From Centroscyllium fabricii (taxonomy: Eukaryota), in the NCBI GenBank assembly GCA_051313645.2, contig JBNRSN020000029.1:20026001-20090000 (forward strand): 64,000 bases of DNA, given 5' to 3'. A program made the position numbers and the translations under genes. The notes beneath the pieces were generated by a model. The model was given only the letters and a program-made list of their open reading frames with translations, did not search any database and had not been told where the DNA came from. Below are positions 49,425 to 62,327 of this stretch, piece after piece (the stretch's first letter is position 1; every line of letters begins with the position of its first letter).

Positions 49425-49691
49425 GTTTGCCCTCACATTTCTCACATTTCTCCACATTATACTCAATCTGCCATTTAAATTTCCACTCATTAGCATGTCT
49501 ATATCCCTTTGATGGCTCTTTCTGTACTCCACATAACTTACTTTAATACCCATTTTTGTAGCATTAGCATACTTGGTAAAATTTCTCTCAGTCCCTTCAT
49601 TTCAGCCATTACAATAAATTGTAAATATTGGTGGCCAATGCTATAATTCTTGCGGTTCACCAGCAGTTACAGCCTGTCCACCTCAAAAGCC

Positions 49692-50623
49692 ATGTGCTCC
49701 ACCTGTAATATGTGGGAGTTCAGGGGCCCTGACGTGGCCCCTGAGGTGCACGTATGCAGGAAATGCATCCATCTACAGAACTTAGCCGACCGCATGGTGG
49801 CGCTGGAGCTGCGGATGGATGCATTACGGGGCGTAGGCGTAGGCAACGATGAGCGGGTCGTGGACAGCACGTTTGAGAGGGTGGTCACACCAAAGACGAG
49901 AGTAGGCCAGATAGAAGGAAATTGGGTGACCGCCAAGAGGAGTGCCAGATTGAGGAAGGAAGTGCAGGGAACCCCTGTGGCCGTCCCCCTGTCCAACAGT
50001 TATACCGCTTTGAATACTGTGGAGGGGGAGGACCTACCAGGGGAGGGCAGCAGCAGCCTACTTCCTGGCACTAGGGGTGCTGGGGCTGCCCAGAATGGGA
50101 GGGAAAATAATGTGCCAGCAGTAGAAATAGGGGATTCAATCGTAAGGGGCACAGAGAGGCGGTTCTGCGGCCGCAGACGTGACCCCAGGATGGTTACTTG
50201 CCTCCCTGGTGCCAGGGTCCGGGATGTCACGGATCGGCTGCAGGACATCTTGAGGGGGGAGGGGAACCAGGTAGAAGTTGTGGTCCACATTGGCACCAAC
50301 GACATAGGAAAAAGGGGGACGAGGTCCTGCAAAGAGAATTTAGGGAGCTGGGTAAAAAGCTAAAAAGCAGGACCCCAAAGGTTGTAATCTCTGGATTACT
50401 CCCAGTGCCACAAGCTAGCGAGTATAGGAACTGTAAGATAGAGCAGCTTAATTCGTGGCTAAAAAGTTGGTGTAGGAAGGAATGTTTCAGCTTTTTGGAC
50501 AATTGGTCTTGCTTCTGGGGTAAGTGGAACCTGTACATGCCGGACGGGTTGCACCTGAACCGGAATGGGACCAATATCCTTGCGGGAAGGTTTGATAGTC
50601 GGGTTGGGGTGGGTTTAAACTAA
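49692..50623 (+). pseudogene. CR1 ORF1 (Cys-rich finger plus SGNH/GDSL esterase domain), one frameshift
   Basis: CSTC...CRKC, GDSIVRG, CLPGARV, VHIGTND, DGLHLN; frame change near 50310. Confidence 0.88.
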
Positions 50624-50730
50624 ATTGGCAGGGGGAGGGGACCCAGAGTGAAGGCATAAAGGGTAGGGGAATACAACCTAATAAAGGAAAGCAGACTAGA
50701 CAGCAAAACAAGGTAGTATTAGGTCAGAGA

Positions 50731-53536
50731 ATGAAAGGTATATATTTTAACGCAAAGAGTCTGACTAACAAGGTGGATGAGTTAAAGGTATTGGTTGACA
50801 CATGGGAATATGATATAGTAACTATCACGGAGACGTGGCTGAAGGAGGGGCAGGAATGGCAGCTAAATATTCCGGGGTATAGAATTTTCAGGCGGGACAG
50901 AGACGAGGGAAAAAGTGGAGGGGGGGTAGCGATACTGATTAAGGATTCAATCACAGCCATCAGGCGGGTCGACCTAATGGATGATTCCTCAAACGAGGCA
51001 CTATGGGTGGAGGTAAAAAATAAAAAGGGGGGGCACCTTACTGGGAGTATATTATAGACCACCAAACAGTAATGGGGAGATGGAGGGTAAGATCTGTGAG
51101 CAAATCACGAAGATAAGCGAAAATAACAAAGTAATAATATTAGGGGACTTTAATTTCCCCAACATCAACTGGGATTGTCAGAGTGTGAGGGGCACGGAAG
51201 GTTCAGCATTCTTAAAATGCAGCCAGGAGAGTTTTTTGAAGCAATATGTTGGGTCACCTACAAGGGGGGGGGGGGCGGTACTAGACCTAATACTTGGGAA
51301 AGAAGACGGGCAGATAGAGGAGGTAACAGTGGGGGAGCACTTCGGGGATAGCGACCACAATTCAGTTAGTTTCAAGATTGTAATAGAGAAGGATAAAAAT
51401 GGACCAGGGGTAAAAGTACTAAACTGGGGGAAGGCGGATTTCATTAAAATCAGGCGCGATGTAGCCGCAGTAGACTGGGGCCATCTTCTCAGAGGAAGAT
51501 CTGCATCAGAGCAGTGGGAGGCCTTCAGAGGGAAGGTCGGGAAGATACAGGAGGAACATGTTCCTGCAAAAATCAAGGGCGGGGGAGGTAAACAAAGGGA
51601 ACCGTGGATGTCTAGGGATATATGTAAATTAATGAAGAAAAAAAGGGGGGCCTTCAATGAATATAAACGGCTAAAAACTGAGGAGGCGCTAGGGGAGTAT
51701 AAGAATAATAGGGGGGAATTAAAGAAGGAGATAAGAAAAGCCAAGAGGGGTCACGAGATTGCAATGGCCGGCAAAATCAAGGATAACCCTAAGGCATTTT
51801 ACAGTTATATAAAAAACAAAAGGATCACGAGGGAAAGAGTGGGGCCCATTAAGGACGATAGCGGAAAGCTGTGCGTCGAGCCCGAGGCGGTGGGGGAGGT
51901 ACTAAACTAATTTTTCTCTTCAGTATTCACAAGAGAGAGGGACGGAACCAACATCGTAATCGGACAGAGTGTAGGGGGGGTAATTGAGGATATTACCATT
52001 ACAAGGGAAGAAGTACTAGAAATCTTGGGAAGCTTAAAGGTAGACAAATCACCAGGGCCGGACGCGATGTTCCCCAGGCTGCTGTTCGAGGCCAGGGAAG
52101 AGCTTGCGGGCCCCCTGTCTCAAATTTTCAGGTCCTCTCTCGCGTCAGGGGAGGTACCCGAGGACTGGAGAACGGCTAATGTAGTACCCCTGTTTAAAAA
52201 GGGTAGTAGGGACAAACCGGGTAACTATAGGCCAATCAGTCTTACATCTGTAATGGGGAAAGTAATGGAAAAAATCCTGAGGGACAAGATCAGTCTGCAT
52301 TTGGAAAGGCAGGGTCTCATAAGAGATAGTCAACATGGCTTCGTCAAAGGTAAGTCGTGCCTAACTAATCTCTTGGAATTCTTCGAAGAGGTAACAAAAA
52401 GGGTGGATGAAGGGAGTACGGTCGACGTGGTGTATATGGACTTCAGCAAGGCTTTTGATAATGTCCCACATAGGAGACTGATAACAAAGGTAAAAGCACA
52501 TGCGATACAGGGCAACGTGGCACAGTGGATTCAAAATTGGCTGGGGGACAGGAGACAAAGGGTAATGGTAGAGGGCTGCTTCTGTGACTGGAAACCAGTA
52601 ACCAGCGGTGTCCCCCAAGGATCGGTTTTGGGACCCTTACTGTTTCTAGTATACATTAACGATTTGGACACGGGAGTAGGGGGTACGATCAGCAAATTTG
52701 CTGATGATACGAAAATTGGAAGGGTGGTAAATAACGATGAAGATAGTAAAAGGCTCCAGGAAGATATAAATGTAATGGTTAGTTGGGCAGAAAAATGGCA
52801 AATGGAGTTCAACCCAGAGAAATGCGAGGTCATACAATTCGGCAGACCAAATGGGGTAAGGGAATATACCATGAACAAAAAAACGTTAGGTAGGACCGAG
52901 GAACAGAGGGACCTTGGGATACAGGTGCACAGCTCCCTGAAGGTTGCTGGACACGTAAACAAGGTGGTTAAGAACGCATACGGAATTCTGGCCTTTATTA
53001 ACCAGGGCATAGTGTACAAATGTAGGGAGGTAATGTTAAACTTGTATAACACGCTGGTGAGACCTCAGCTGGAGTACTGTGTGCAGTTCTGGTCACCGCA
53101 CATCAGGAAGGATGTGGTTGCCCTGGAGAGGGTGCAGAGAAGGTTTACCAGGATGATACCTGGTCTGGGTGACTTATGCTACGAGGAAAGGCTGGACAGT
53201 CTGGGGTTGTTTGCCTTGGAGAAGAGAAGATTGAGGGGTGACATGATCGAGGTATACAGGATCATGAGAGGACACGATAAGGTGGATAAAGGGGCATTGT
53301 TTCCCTTGGTGGGAGAGTCAAGTACCAGGGGACATAGATTCAAGATTAGGGGGGGTAGGATTAGGGGGGAGGTAAGGAGAAATTTATTTACTCAGAGGGT
53401 GGTGGAAGTGTGGAACTCCCTGCCTGTAAGGGTGGTGGAGGCAGAAACCATCGCAACATTTAAAAAATATTTGGACCAGCACATGAAGGACCGTAACATA
53501 CAGGGTTATGGGCCAGATGCGGGCAAATGGGGTTAG
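50731..53536 (+). pseudogene. CR1 ORF2 (AP endonuclease + reverse transcriptase), frameshift near 51030 and stop at 51908-51910
   Basis: YFNAKSL, ITETWL, GGGVA, GDFNFP, SDHN; KSPGPD, NYRPISL, DFSKAFD, GVPQGSVLGP, FADDTK, RPQLEYC. Confidence 0.93.
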
Positions 53537-53629
53537 TATAGTGAGGTGTTTCCTGGCCCGGTGCGGACTGGATGGGCCGAATGGCCTTTATCCGCACTGT
53601 AAAGTTTCTATGATTCTATGATTCTATGA

Positions 53630-55335
53630 AATGAGCCATTTAACCCTGGTCTCTGTTTTCTGTTCGTTAACCAATCCTCTATCCAGGATAACATATTACC
53701 TCAATCTAATGAGCTGTTACCATGTTCAACAACCTTTTCTGCAGCACTGATGTGATTAGTTTTAGTCACATTCGGGCTACTCTAGATTAGGCGTATTCCA
53801 CACACGTTAGCCGAATCCTAAATATGCCTACTTGGGTCCAAAGGTCTGGAATCGCTTCTCTCTCCCTGAAGAAATGGAACAAACTAAATATGCTCTCTCC
53901 TCCAAATAGCACGTTTAATACGTTTATCTAGACTGTAATGTTGTAGATATGATGAGGGTCCAGAAAACTCCCCCAAACTTCTGCAACTCCTGACCAAATA
54001 CTGTATAAAAATTGATTTCACGAGTTTGATACAGTCGTCTTATGTGAGACAATTCTAAAAATATATAGATTTCTTAAGGAACCGATTTGTAATTTAGCGT
54101 TCGTGAGTCAATCTAACCATTAACAGTTCCAAAAAGAGAAAGCTTAGAATTCTAAGATCAGAGAACGTTACTCTAAAATAGTTACGTCGATACAGTTTTA
54201 TTGTACTTAAAGTTCTATTCAGGATATCCACCAAATTACAATGATGTTGATCGACAAGGTTCAAAGAGTTGGAGACTTACTGAGCTGCCTCTGAAGCCGA
54301 GAAAATTTCTGCCTCTTTAAAGAGATTTCAATTTTTATCCACTTTACCAGTGGTATTTCCATTAAGGGTTTCTGCTTATGTAAGCTAATTATCTCTAGTC
54401 AATTGTTCTGTTTACTGCTGCGATTCTTACAGTCACCTCAGCTGCTGGAACTACAGGTGTTCTAGCTTTCGCATAAAATAGGGTGTTACGGCAGATGTGC
54501 TTTTTACTTGATGTAATTTTTACGAAGTCCGATGTTTCTTACTTTTATGTGCATCTTTAAGAAGTTTAAATGAATACATCTCGTAGAAGGTGTACCACTG
54601 ATTCATTCCGAAAGATTCAGCCTACCGGAGCCTTTCACCTTCTGCGTCAATAACGTTATTGATACAGTGTCAAAGAGAATCTCATTTCTATAGCTAGAAT
54701 GCTTTCACAGCTTTTTCATGGCTAGGTTTCTGGATTTCCAAACCCAGTTTGTCATATTTTCATAAGGTCAGAGTTATTTCAGATTTTTCCTTCACAGCAC
54801 TGCACAGAATGCTTTTGAAAATCCATATATTTTATATCCACTCCATCAGCTGTCTTACTGGTTTCATACTTACAAAACTCTAATCAATTTGATAAACTAC
54901 ATTTTCCTTTCAAAAAGCCATGTTGAATCTGACTGATCATATAATGATTTTCCAAATGCCCTGTTATCACTTCCTTGATGATGGATGCCATCAATTTCTC
55001 GGCAACCAAGGTAAGTCTAGCTGGCTTGAAGTTCCCTGTTTTCTTTACACTGTTTTCTTGAACAGTGCGTTTATATTTGTTACCTACTAATACTTTGGGG
55101 CCGTTCTAGAATATGTCATTTTGAAAGATCAAAACTAATGCATCCACTATCTCTGCAAACCCGTGTTTCAAACCTTAAGATTTAGGCCAACACGTCCACG
55201 GGATTTGTTGGCATTTAGTTCTTTTAGATTCTCAAAAACTTTTCTCTACTGATCTTTATTACATTATGTTCTTCACCGTTCGATCTCTTGGTTGTGAACT
55301 GTTTCTGATATGTGTGTGTGTCTTCTGCTATGAAG
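53630..55335 (-). mobile_element. Old CR1 RT fragment (host of the solo LTR)
   Basis: Collinear with the degenerate CR1 at 29100-29800 (e.g. acaaaactctaat, aagccatgttga, gttctagaata). Confidence 0.7.
53748..54796. mobile_element. Probable solo LTR (1049 bp) inserted in an old CR1 fragment
   Basis: TG...CA termini, 4-bp TSD gcac (53744-53747 / 54797-54800); CR1 sequence is continuous across the insertion and there is no ORF. Confidence 0.65.
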
Positions 55336-56373
55336 ACGGCTACATCGTATTTGTTCACAATATATATTAATGATCTGGACCAGGCAATTGGATGCAACAT
55401 CTCTAAGTTTGCAGACGGCACTAAACTAGGAGGGGGGCGGGGGATCTGCAGAGGTGCTCAGGAAGCTCCAGTGCGATTTGGAGAAGTTGGGGGAATGGGC
55501 AGATACATGGCAAATGCACTATAATGTGGATAAATGTCAGGTTATCCACTTTGGGTGCAAAAACAGGAGGGCTGATTATTATTATTTAAATGGCAATAGA
55601 TTGGGAGATGGGGAAGTGCAGAGTGACCTGGGTGTTCTTATGCACCAGTCACTGAAGGCGAGCATGCAGGTGCAACAGGCGGTTAAGAGGGCAAATGTTA
55701 TGTTGGCTTTCATATCAAGAGGGTTCCAGTGTAGGAATAAGGATACCTTACTGCAGCTGTACAAGGCGCTGATGAGACCACACCTTGAATATTGTGTACA
55801 GTTTTGGTCGCCTCATCTGAGGAAGGATGTTCTTGCCATGGAAGGAGTGCAGCGGCGATTCACCAGGATGATACCTGGAATGGCAGGAATGACCAACGAG
55901 GAGAGATTGTGTAGTTTGGGCTTGTACTCGCTGGAGTTTAGAAGATTGAGAGGGGATCTCATCGAAACATATACAATTCTGACGGGCCTGGATAGGTTAG
56001 ATTGAGAAATATCTTTTCCAATGGAGGGGGAGTCCAGAAATAGAGGCCACAGTCTAAGGATAGGGGGAAATCCATTTAGGACAGATAGGAGGAAGAATTT
56101 CTTCACCCAGAGTTTGGTGAGCCTGTGGAATTCCTTGCCACAGAGGGCAGTGAAGGCCAATTCATTAAATATATTTAAGAGGGAATTGGATATATTTCTT
56201 CAGGCTAAAGAGATTAAGGGTTACGGAGAGAAGGCGTGGACGGGGTACTGAACTTGAAAGATAAGCCATGATCTCAGCCAAAGATCAGCCATGATCTCAT
56301 TGAATGGCTGAGCAGGCTCAAAGGGCCGGATGGCCTGCTTCTGCTCCTATCTTCTATGTTTCTATGTTTCTAT
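55336..56373 (+). mobile_element. CR1 LINE 3' fragment
   Basis: FTIYINDLD...SKFADGTKLGG, RPHLEYCVQFWSP, (tttctatg)n tail. Confidence 0.92.
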
Positions 56374-57119
56374 GTTGGCCATTTCCTTGCACTGCATTAT
56401 AACCTCTCATGTCGCAACTCTTATGGAACAACATTTACTTTTATTACACTATTCCTTTTTAAATGTTTTAAAAAAATCTAACAATCCATTGTTTATGCTA
56501 GTTTACTCTCATAATCTATTTTCCCATTTTGCACTATTTTTGCTGGTCCTTTACTGTTTTCTAAAGCTCTACCAATACTTTGCTTACTATTTTCATGTGC
56601 AAACTTATAAGCATTTTTTCTTAATCTAACGTTATCCATAACTTATTTAGATGGCCACGGATGGATCACTTTTCCCTTACAGTTTATATTTATCGGTGTC
56701 ATGCATATTCTTTGAGAATTTTGCAATATTTTTTTAATGTTTGTTAATGCTTATCTATTGTCATACCTTTTAAACTAATTTCCAAATCTACCTTAGTCAT
56801 CTCGTTCATCATACCTGTATTAATGTCTTTACTTAACTTTAAGTCTCTAGCATGGGATTACAATATTTAACACCCAAACCCAATTTGAAATTAGAGTATA
56901 TTATGATCGCTCTTCCGCAGATAATCACTTAGTGTGAGATTTCAAATTAAACCCGCATCATTACCGAATACAAGATCTAAATTAGTCCCTTCCCTGATTG
57001 ACTCCATGAAATCTTCTTCTAGGAAACTGTCTCGAAAATATTCAGTGAACTCTTCTCCAAATTTGGTTTCCCAGACTTATTTCCCGAATCTATATGATTA
57101 GATCAGAAGTTTAGCACAA

Positions 57120-57460
57120 TGAGAGATAGAAAAATACAAATTAATGAACAGATCTAGAGGCACAATACTTAAAGAAGAATGAGACAGATCTAAGTGAAAG
57201 ACGGGAGTGTAGGTGAGGAGAGGAGTGGCTAGGATTGGAGGAGAGGAGAGCGGGGAGATGGGGAAATGGAAGTAGAGGAGATGGGAGCAGATCTGTGGAA
57301 AGGAGTGGACAGCCGAGCAGATGAAAGGAAAGAGGAAAAGAGAAATGAGAGGAAAGGAGAGGGGAGCAGATGAGAGAATGGAGCATGGAGTCAAAGAGAG
57401 AAGAAAGGAGAGAGACGGCCGGAGAAAAGAATAGACACATAAAGATAATAGAACTGAAAG
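57120..57460. repeat. Purine-rich (GA) low-complexity tract
   Basis: Degenerate gagag/ggaga pentamers, almost pyrimidine-free on the plus strand. Confidence 0.75.
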
Positions 57461-58478
57461 ACATATAAATTGCTCAGCTAAAGATTATACTACATATCGT
57501 TTTAGATTTGGATGGACCTGCTGCTGCGGCTAGATGATCAATTGGGCCCAGCTAATCCAACCTGCCAACACATCCAGTTTGTCATCTGATCTCATCTTGC
57601 TGAAACATGCCGATTTTCAGCCAGCAACACATCTGCTACAAGCTTCATACTTGCCACGGGATCTTTTAACATTGCCACTTATTGACTTTCAGTGTCTGGA
57701 ATTGAACAGGAACAAGCGGTCGTACATGAATTAGCATCATTAGTTATAGCGACAGATGGTTTAATAATTCATTTGTCTCGTGTCACAATTGCTTTATCGC
57801 TGTTAAAGAAATATCATGATGAAAACCTGTGCGGTCACTTGATAATGTTCGTGGTGACCTATTACAAATTTTCTTATACCTCCTTATATCGAGCGCCACC
57901 TCGGGGATAAGATGAAAGTCAAAATAGTAAGTCCAAGCCTCATCTCCTTTTCTTTGCTGCGAGGTGCGGTTCTCTCAACATAGCAACAAGATGTGGAACA
58001 GGCCTCTGGTTTTCTGGTCTGAGTGATTCGAAAGGAGGAAATGAGCAAGTGGGACATGGCTTTTACACACAACTAATACTTTTACACACAGCACAGCTCC
58101 ATTGCTCATAACTCTAGAGGACTAGAGTGATAGAGGTGGTTATAGGATGCTCACACTGCTTGTAAAGTTGGACCTATATTATAATTCTGGTGATAGGCAG
58201 CAGCAACAAGTCTTGAAGTTCGCAAGAGACCACATTTATATTCCTCATATGCCCATTGTCCGAACACCGTTTCACTGACACACTTGCTCATATGAATATA
58301 TTTAATTAACATTGGGAAGGATCTCCTTTAAAACAGCTGTTATTTTTATTTTCTTGTATACACCGACGTCCTGCACAGCAATTCCCTCAACAGCATCTCC
58401 ATCCTCAACAACATTCACTGCTCCACCTCACACGGTATTACCTGTCAAGGCTTGAACTCGCACAGCACCACATCCCTC

Positions 58479-58882
58479 GTCACGGTGGCATAGTGGTTAG
58501 CACTGTTGTCTCACAGCACTGGAGTCCCGGGTTCAAATCCAGCCTCGGGTATTAACTGTGTGGAGTTTGCACATTCTCCCCGTGTCTGCGTGGGTTTCCA
58601 CCGGGTGCTCCGGTTTCCTCCCACATTCCAAAGATGTGCGGGTTAGGTTGATTGGCCAGGATAAATTGACCCTTAGTGTTAGGGGGATTGAATATGTTGG
58701 TTTACGGTGATAGGGTGGGATATGTCGTTACAGGTTCGATAGGGATCGGGTGATATGGGGACAAGGCAGGGGCGGGGTACTGGGTTTGGATGATCAGCCA
58801 TGGTCACATTGAATGGCGGAGGAGGCTCGAAGGGCCGAATCCCTACTCCTGCTCCTATCTTCTATGTTTCTATGTTTCTATG
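58479..58882 (+). mobile_element. HE1-like V-SINE
   Basis: Same head, core and tail as the other two copies; imperfect flanking repeat caccacatccc / caccatatccc. Confidence 0.9.
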
Positions 58883-59417
58883 TCACCATATCCCCATACA
58901 TCAACTCACACAGCTCTGCCACCCTCACAGTCACTTCAATTGGCATCGCCACAAACAGCACCAACTGCGTCAGCACCACATCCTCCTACAGCACCAAATA
59001 CAGCAGTACCAACCTCACCATCATTCCCCTCAGCATCAAATTCTTCACCATCATCTCACAGGGCAAGACCCTGTCACGACCACATCATACAGCACGAACT
59101 CCCTCAGCAGCAGCACAAAAGTCAAGAGCTCACTAATCTACACTCAACCAATGCCACATCGCTCACCAGCAACTCCCGCACCAACATCGCACATGCCAAG
59201 AACACCTCACTCACCATGAGCTTCATCAACTGCAGCTCACGTGGCACCATCTCCAATTCAGACATCAGTTGATCACGTGCTTGGATTCTCCGTCGCTTAT
59301 TTGCTAACCCATGCCTGCATCTCTGCTTTCCTTTGCATTAATGCTTGCTTGTTTCTTCTTAATCCTTTAGTCCAACATCCCTGGCCAAGATTGATTGAGA
59401 ATAGTTGTGTGCTGCAA

Positions 59418-61330
59418 ATGTGGCTCAGTTGGAGCGCATTTGCTTTTGAGTCAGCAGGCATTGTGTTCAAGTTCAACGCCGCAGGCTTTGGCAGATACTC
59501 TAAGCTTCACTCTAGTGCAATACAGAATGAGTGCTGCACTGTCGGAGCGGCAATACTGGGGGTGGGGGGAGCTGCACAATAGGTGGGCAGTAATGCGAGT
59601 GCGCTGCACTGTCGGAGGACCAGTAGAGTGGGAGTGCTGCACTGTCAGATTCGCGGTACTGAGTAAGTGCTGCACTGTCGAAGGGGCAGCACTGTGGCTG
59701 TGCTGCACTTTCGCAGGCCCTGTCCTGAGGGAATGCGGCATTGTCGGTATGGCAGTACTGAGAGAGTGCTGCAGTGTCAGAGGAGCAGTAGTGAGGGAGC
59801 GTTGCTCTGTATGGCGGTATTATTGATGTGGTGCTGTGATGCACAATCAATTGCACTCAAGACGAGTTTAGGAATGTAATCGAGGCTTGTATTACCTAAA
59901 GAACTGGCGTACAGGATGCCGATGCCAAGAATGCCTCCAGTCTGTCGTGCTGCTACATTAATATGGCAGTGTGTGGGTGGAGTCAGCCGAGTCCTCCCAG
60001 ATGGACAACAAGTGGACTAGAGTGAACAAGAGGCAAACTACTCCCAGTGCAGTTAAATATATACAGTGCAATACCAAGGTTCAGCACACATAACTATATA
60101 CAATGTCAATACAGTGGATTACCACATTCTGCACCTTTGCACGGCAAGGTGAAGTTATCCACCTTGGGGGCAAAAACGGGAGGGCAAATTATTATTTAAA
60201 TGGCAATAGATTGGGAGATGGGGAAGTACAGAGAGACCTGGGTGTTCTTGTGCACCAGTCATTGAAGGCGAGCATGCAGGTGCAACAGGCGGTCAGGAAG
60301 GCAAATGGTATGCTGGCCTTCATATCAAAAGGGTTAGAATACAGGAACAAGGACACCTTAATACAGCTGTACAGGGCACTGCTGAGACCACACCTCGAGT
60401 ACTGTGTGCAGTTTTGGTCGCCTCATCTGAGGAAGGATGTTCTTGCCATGGAAGGAGTGCAGCGGCGATTCACCAGGCTGATACCAGGAATGGCAGGAAT
60501 GACCTATGAGGAGAGACTATGTAGTTTGGGGATGTACACACTGGAGTTTAGAAGATTGAGAGGGGATCTCATAGAAACATATAAAATTCTGACAGGCCTG
60601 GACAGACTAGATGCAGAAGGAATGTTTCCGATGGCAGGAGAGTACAGAACTAGGGGACACAGTTTAAGGATAAGGACTAAACCATTTAGGACAGAGATGA
60701 GGAGGAATTTCTTCACCCAGAGAGTGGTGAACCTGTGGAACTCACTGCCACAGAGGGCAGTGGACGCCAGCACATTAAATATATTTAAGAGGGAATTAGA
60801 TATATTTCTGCAGGCAAAAGGGGTTAAAGGTTACGGAGAGAAGGCAGGGACGGGATACTGAACTGAAGGATCAGCCATGATCTCATTGAATGGCGGAGCA
60901 GGCTCGAAGGGCCGAATGGCCTACTCCTGCTCCTATCATCTATGTATCTATGTATCTATGTAGTAGTGAGGGAGAGCTGCACGGTCGGATTGGCAATACT
61001 GTGTTGCCCTGCACTGTTGGATGGGCAGTATTGTGGGAGCACTGCACTGTTGGAGTGGCAATACAGAGCGAGTGCGGCACTGGTGGAAATACAGTACTGA
61101 GGGAGCGCTGCACTTTAGGGGCAACTACTGAGGAAGAGCTGCAATGTTGGAAGGCAGTACTGAGGGAGCGCTGTCGTTCGACTGGCCATAACGAAGGAAA
61201 TGCTGCACTGTTCGAAGTGCAGTACCAAGGAAGTGCTGTAATGCTGGAAGGGCAGTACTGAGGTAGTGCTGCAATGCTGAAGGGCAGTACTGCGGGAGTG
61301 TTACACTTTCGGAGGTGCCGCCAGTTGAAG
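59418..61330 (+). repeat. tRNA-headed (Deu-type) SINE with internally amplified ~31-bp unit, interrupted by other insertions
   Basis: Head gtggctcagttgg...gttcaagttc; tandem gcagtactgagggagtgctgcactgtcggagg units at about 59515-59820 and 60961-61320. Confidence 0.65.
60148..60960 (+). mobile_element. CR1 LINE 3' fragment with open frame
   Basis: EVIHLGGKN...RDLGVLVH...RPHLEYCVQFWSP...FFTQRVVNLWNSLP; (tatctatg)n tail. Confidence 0.92.
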
Positions 61331-61509
61331 GAGGCGTGTGAGATGGGAGAAACCTTCATTTCAGCGTCTCGCTACTGACTACCTGAACTAAACCAGCCAA
61401 GTTTTTTTGGTTGTAGTTTCAAGATTATATTACGTAACTGATACGCAATGGACAAAGATACTGGGGCATTGATGCTTTTCAAATGAATGTAACATGCCTC
61501 GGGTATCAT

Positions 61510-62090
61510 ACAATCATAGACATTTGCAGTATAGAACGTGGCTTTTCCGTCCATCTTGTCCATGCCGGCCGACAAAGAGCTATCCACAATAACCCACTTC
61601 CAGCACTTCCGTACGTTATGGCACTACAAGTGGATATCCAAGTAATTTGTAAATGTGGTATAGGTATCTGCCTCTACCACCCTTTCTGGCAGTTAGGTAC
61701 AAATCGCATCACTCCCTGGGTGAAATGAATTCTCCTCAAATCCCATCTAAACTTCCGACTAACTATTTCAATCTATGCCCCCTGGTTATTGACCCATATG
61801 CTAAGTGAAATAGTATCTTCATAACCACTAAATATAGGCCCATCATAATTTCAAACACCTTAATTAGTTTTCCCCAGAGCCTCCTCTGTTCCAAAGAAAA
61901 CAACTAAAGCCTCTCTAATCTTTCCTCAAAGCTAAAATACTGGTTTCCAAGCACCATTGTCGTAAATCTCGTCTCTATAATTCTAGCGCAATGACATCTG
62001 TCCCGTAATGCGGTGACTAAATCTGCATGCAGTATTCTAGCGGAGGACGAATTAATGCTTTATGCTGTTCAAACATATCTTCCCTGCTTT
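61510..62090 (-). mobile_element. Old CR1 3' fragment
   Basis: Degenerate CR1 tail and ORF2 end similar to 1062-1270. Confidence 0.65.
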
Positions 62091-62327
62091 TCATTTAAAA
62101 CTTATGAATGGAGCATTCTCTGCTCTGATTGGCTCTCGAGGACCCATTTGATCCCAGAGGATGCATCGCACTAACTGTGCTGCTGGGAAATGGAAGCACT
62201 CCGGCAGGTGGAGTGGGCCTAGGATCAGAATTCCACATGGGCCAGCAATGCAATGGCAGGCACGCAAGGTAAGCGCAGGTTGGAGGCTTACACACGCGCA
62301 AAGCGTCAAACCCAAATTTCTGGGCCA
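62091..62327. mobile_element. Harbinger-type MITE half
   Basis: Ends in aaatttctgggcc; the internal part is the reverse complement of about 30090-30190. Confidence 0.55.

Larger units (their letters stand above)
49650..53628 (+). mobile_element. Near full-length young CR1 LINE (ORF1 + ORF2)
   Basis: ORF1 and ORF2 in tandem, short 3' UTR with gggccgaatggcc hairpin, and (ttctatga)n tail. Confidence 0.95.

Noticed and set aside
57884-57960. Short hydrophobic MRLGLTILTFILSP resembling a leader-peptide exon
   Set aside because: No convincing donor site and no downstream partner exon such as an Ig V domain found.
58370-59270. Thr/Ser/Pro/His-rich ORFs suggesting a mucin-like exon
   Set aside because: CA-rich low-complexity sequence interrupted by a SINE; the ORF starts lie within the SINE tail and no splice structure is evident.
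59395-61359. Cys-rich ORFs and CRISPR-like periodicity
   Set aside because: Contiguous 31-bp SINE-derived tandem units without unique spacers, no cas genes, and eukaryotic context.
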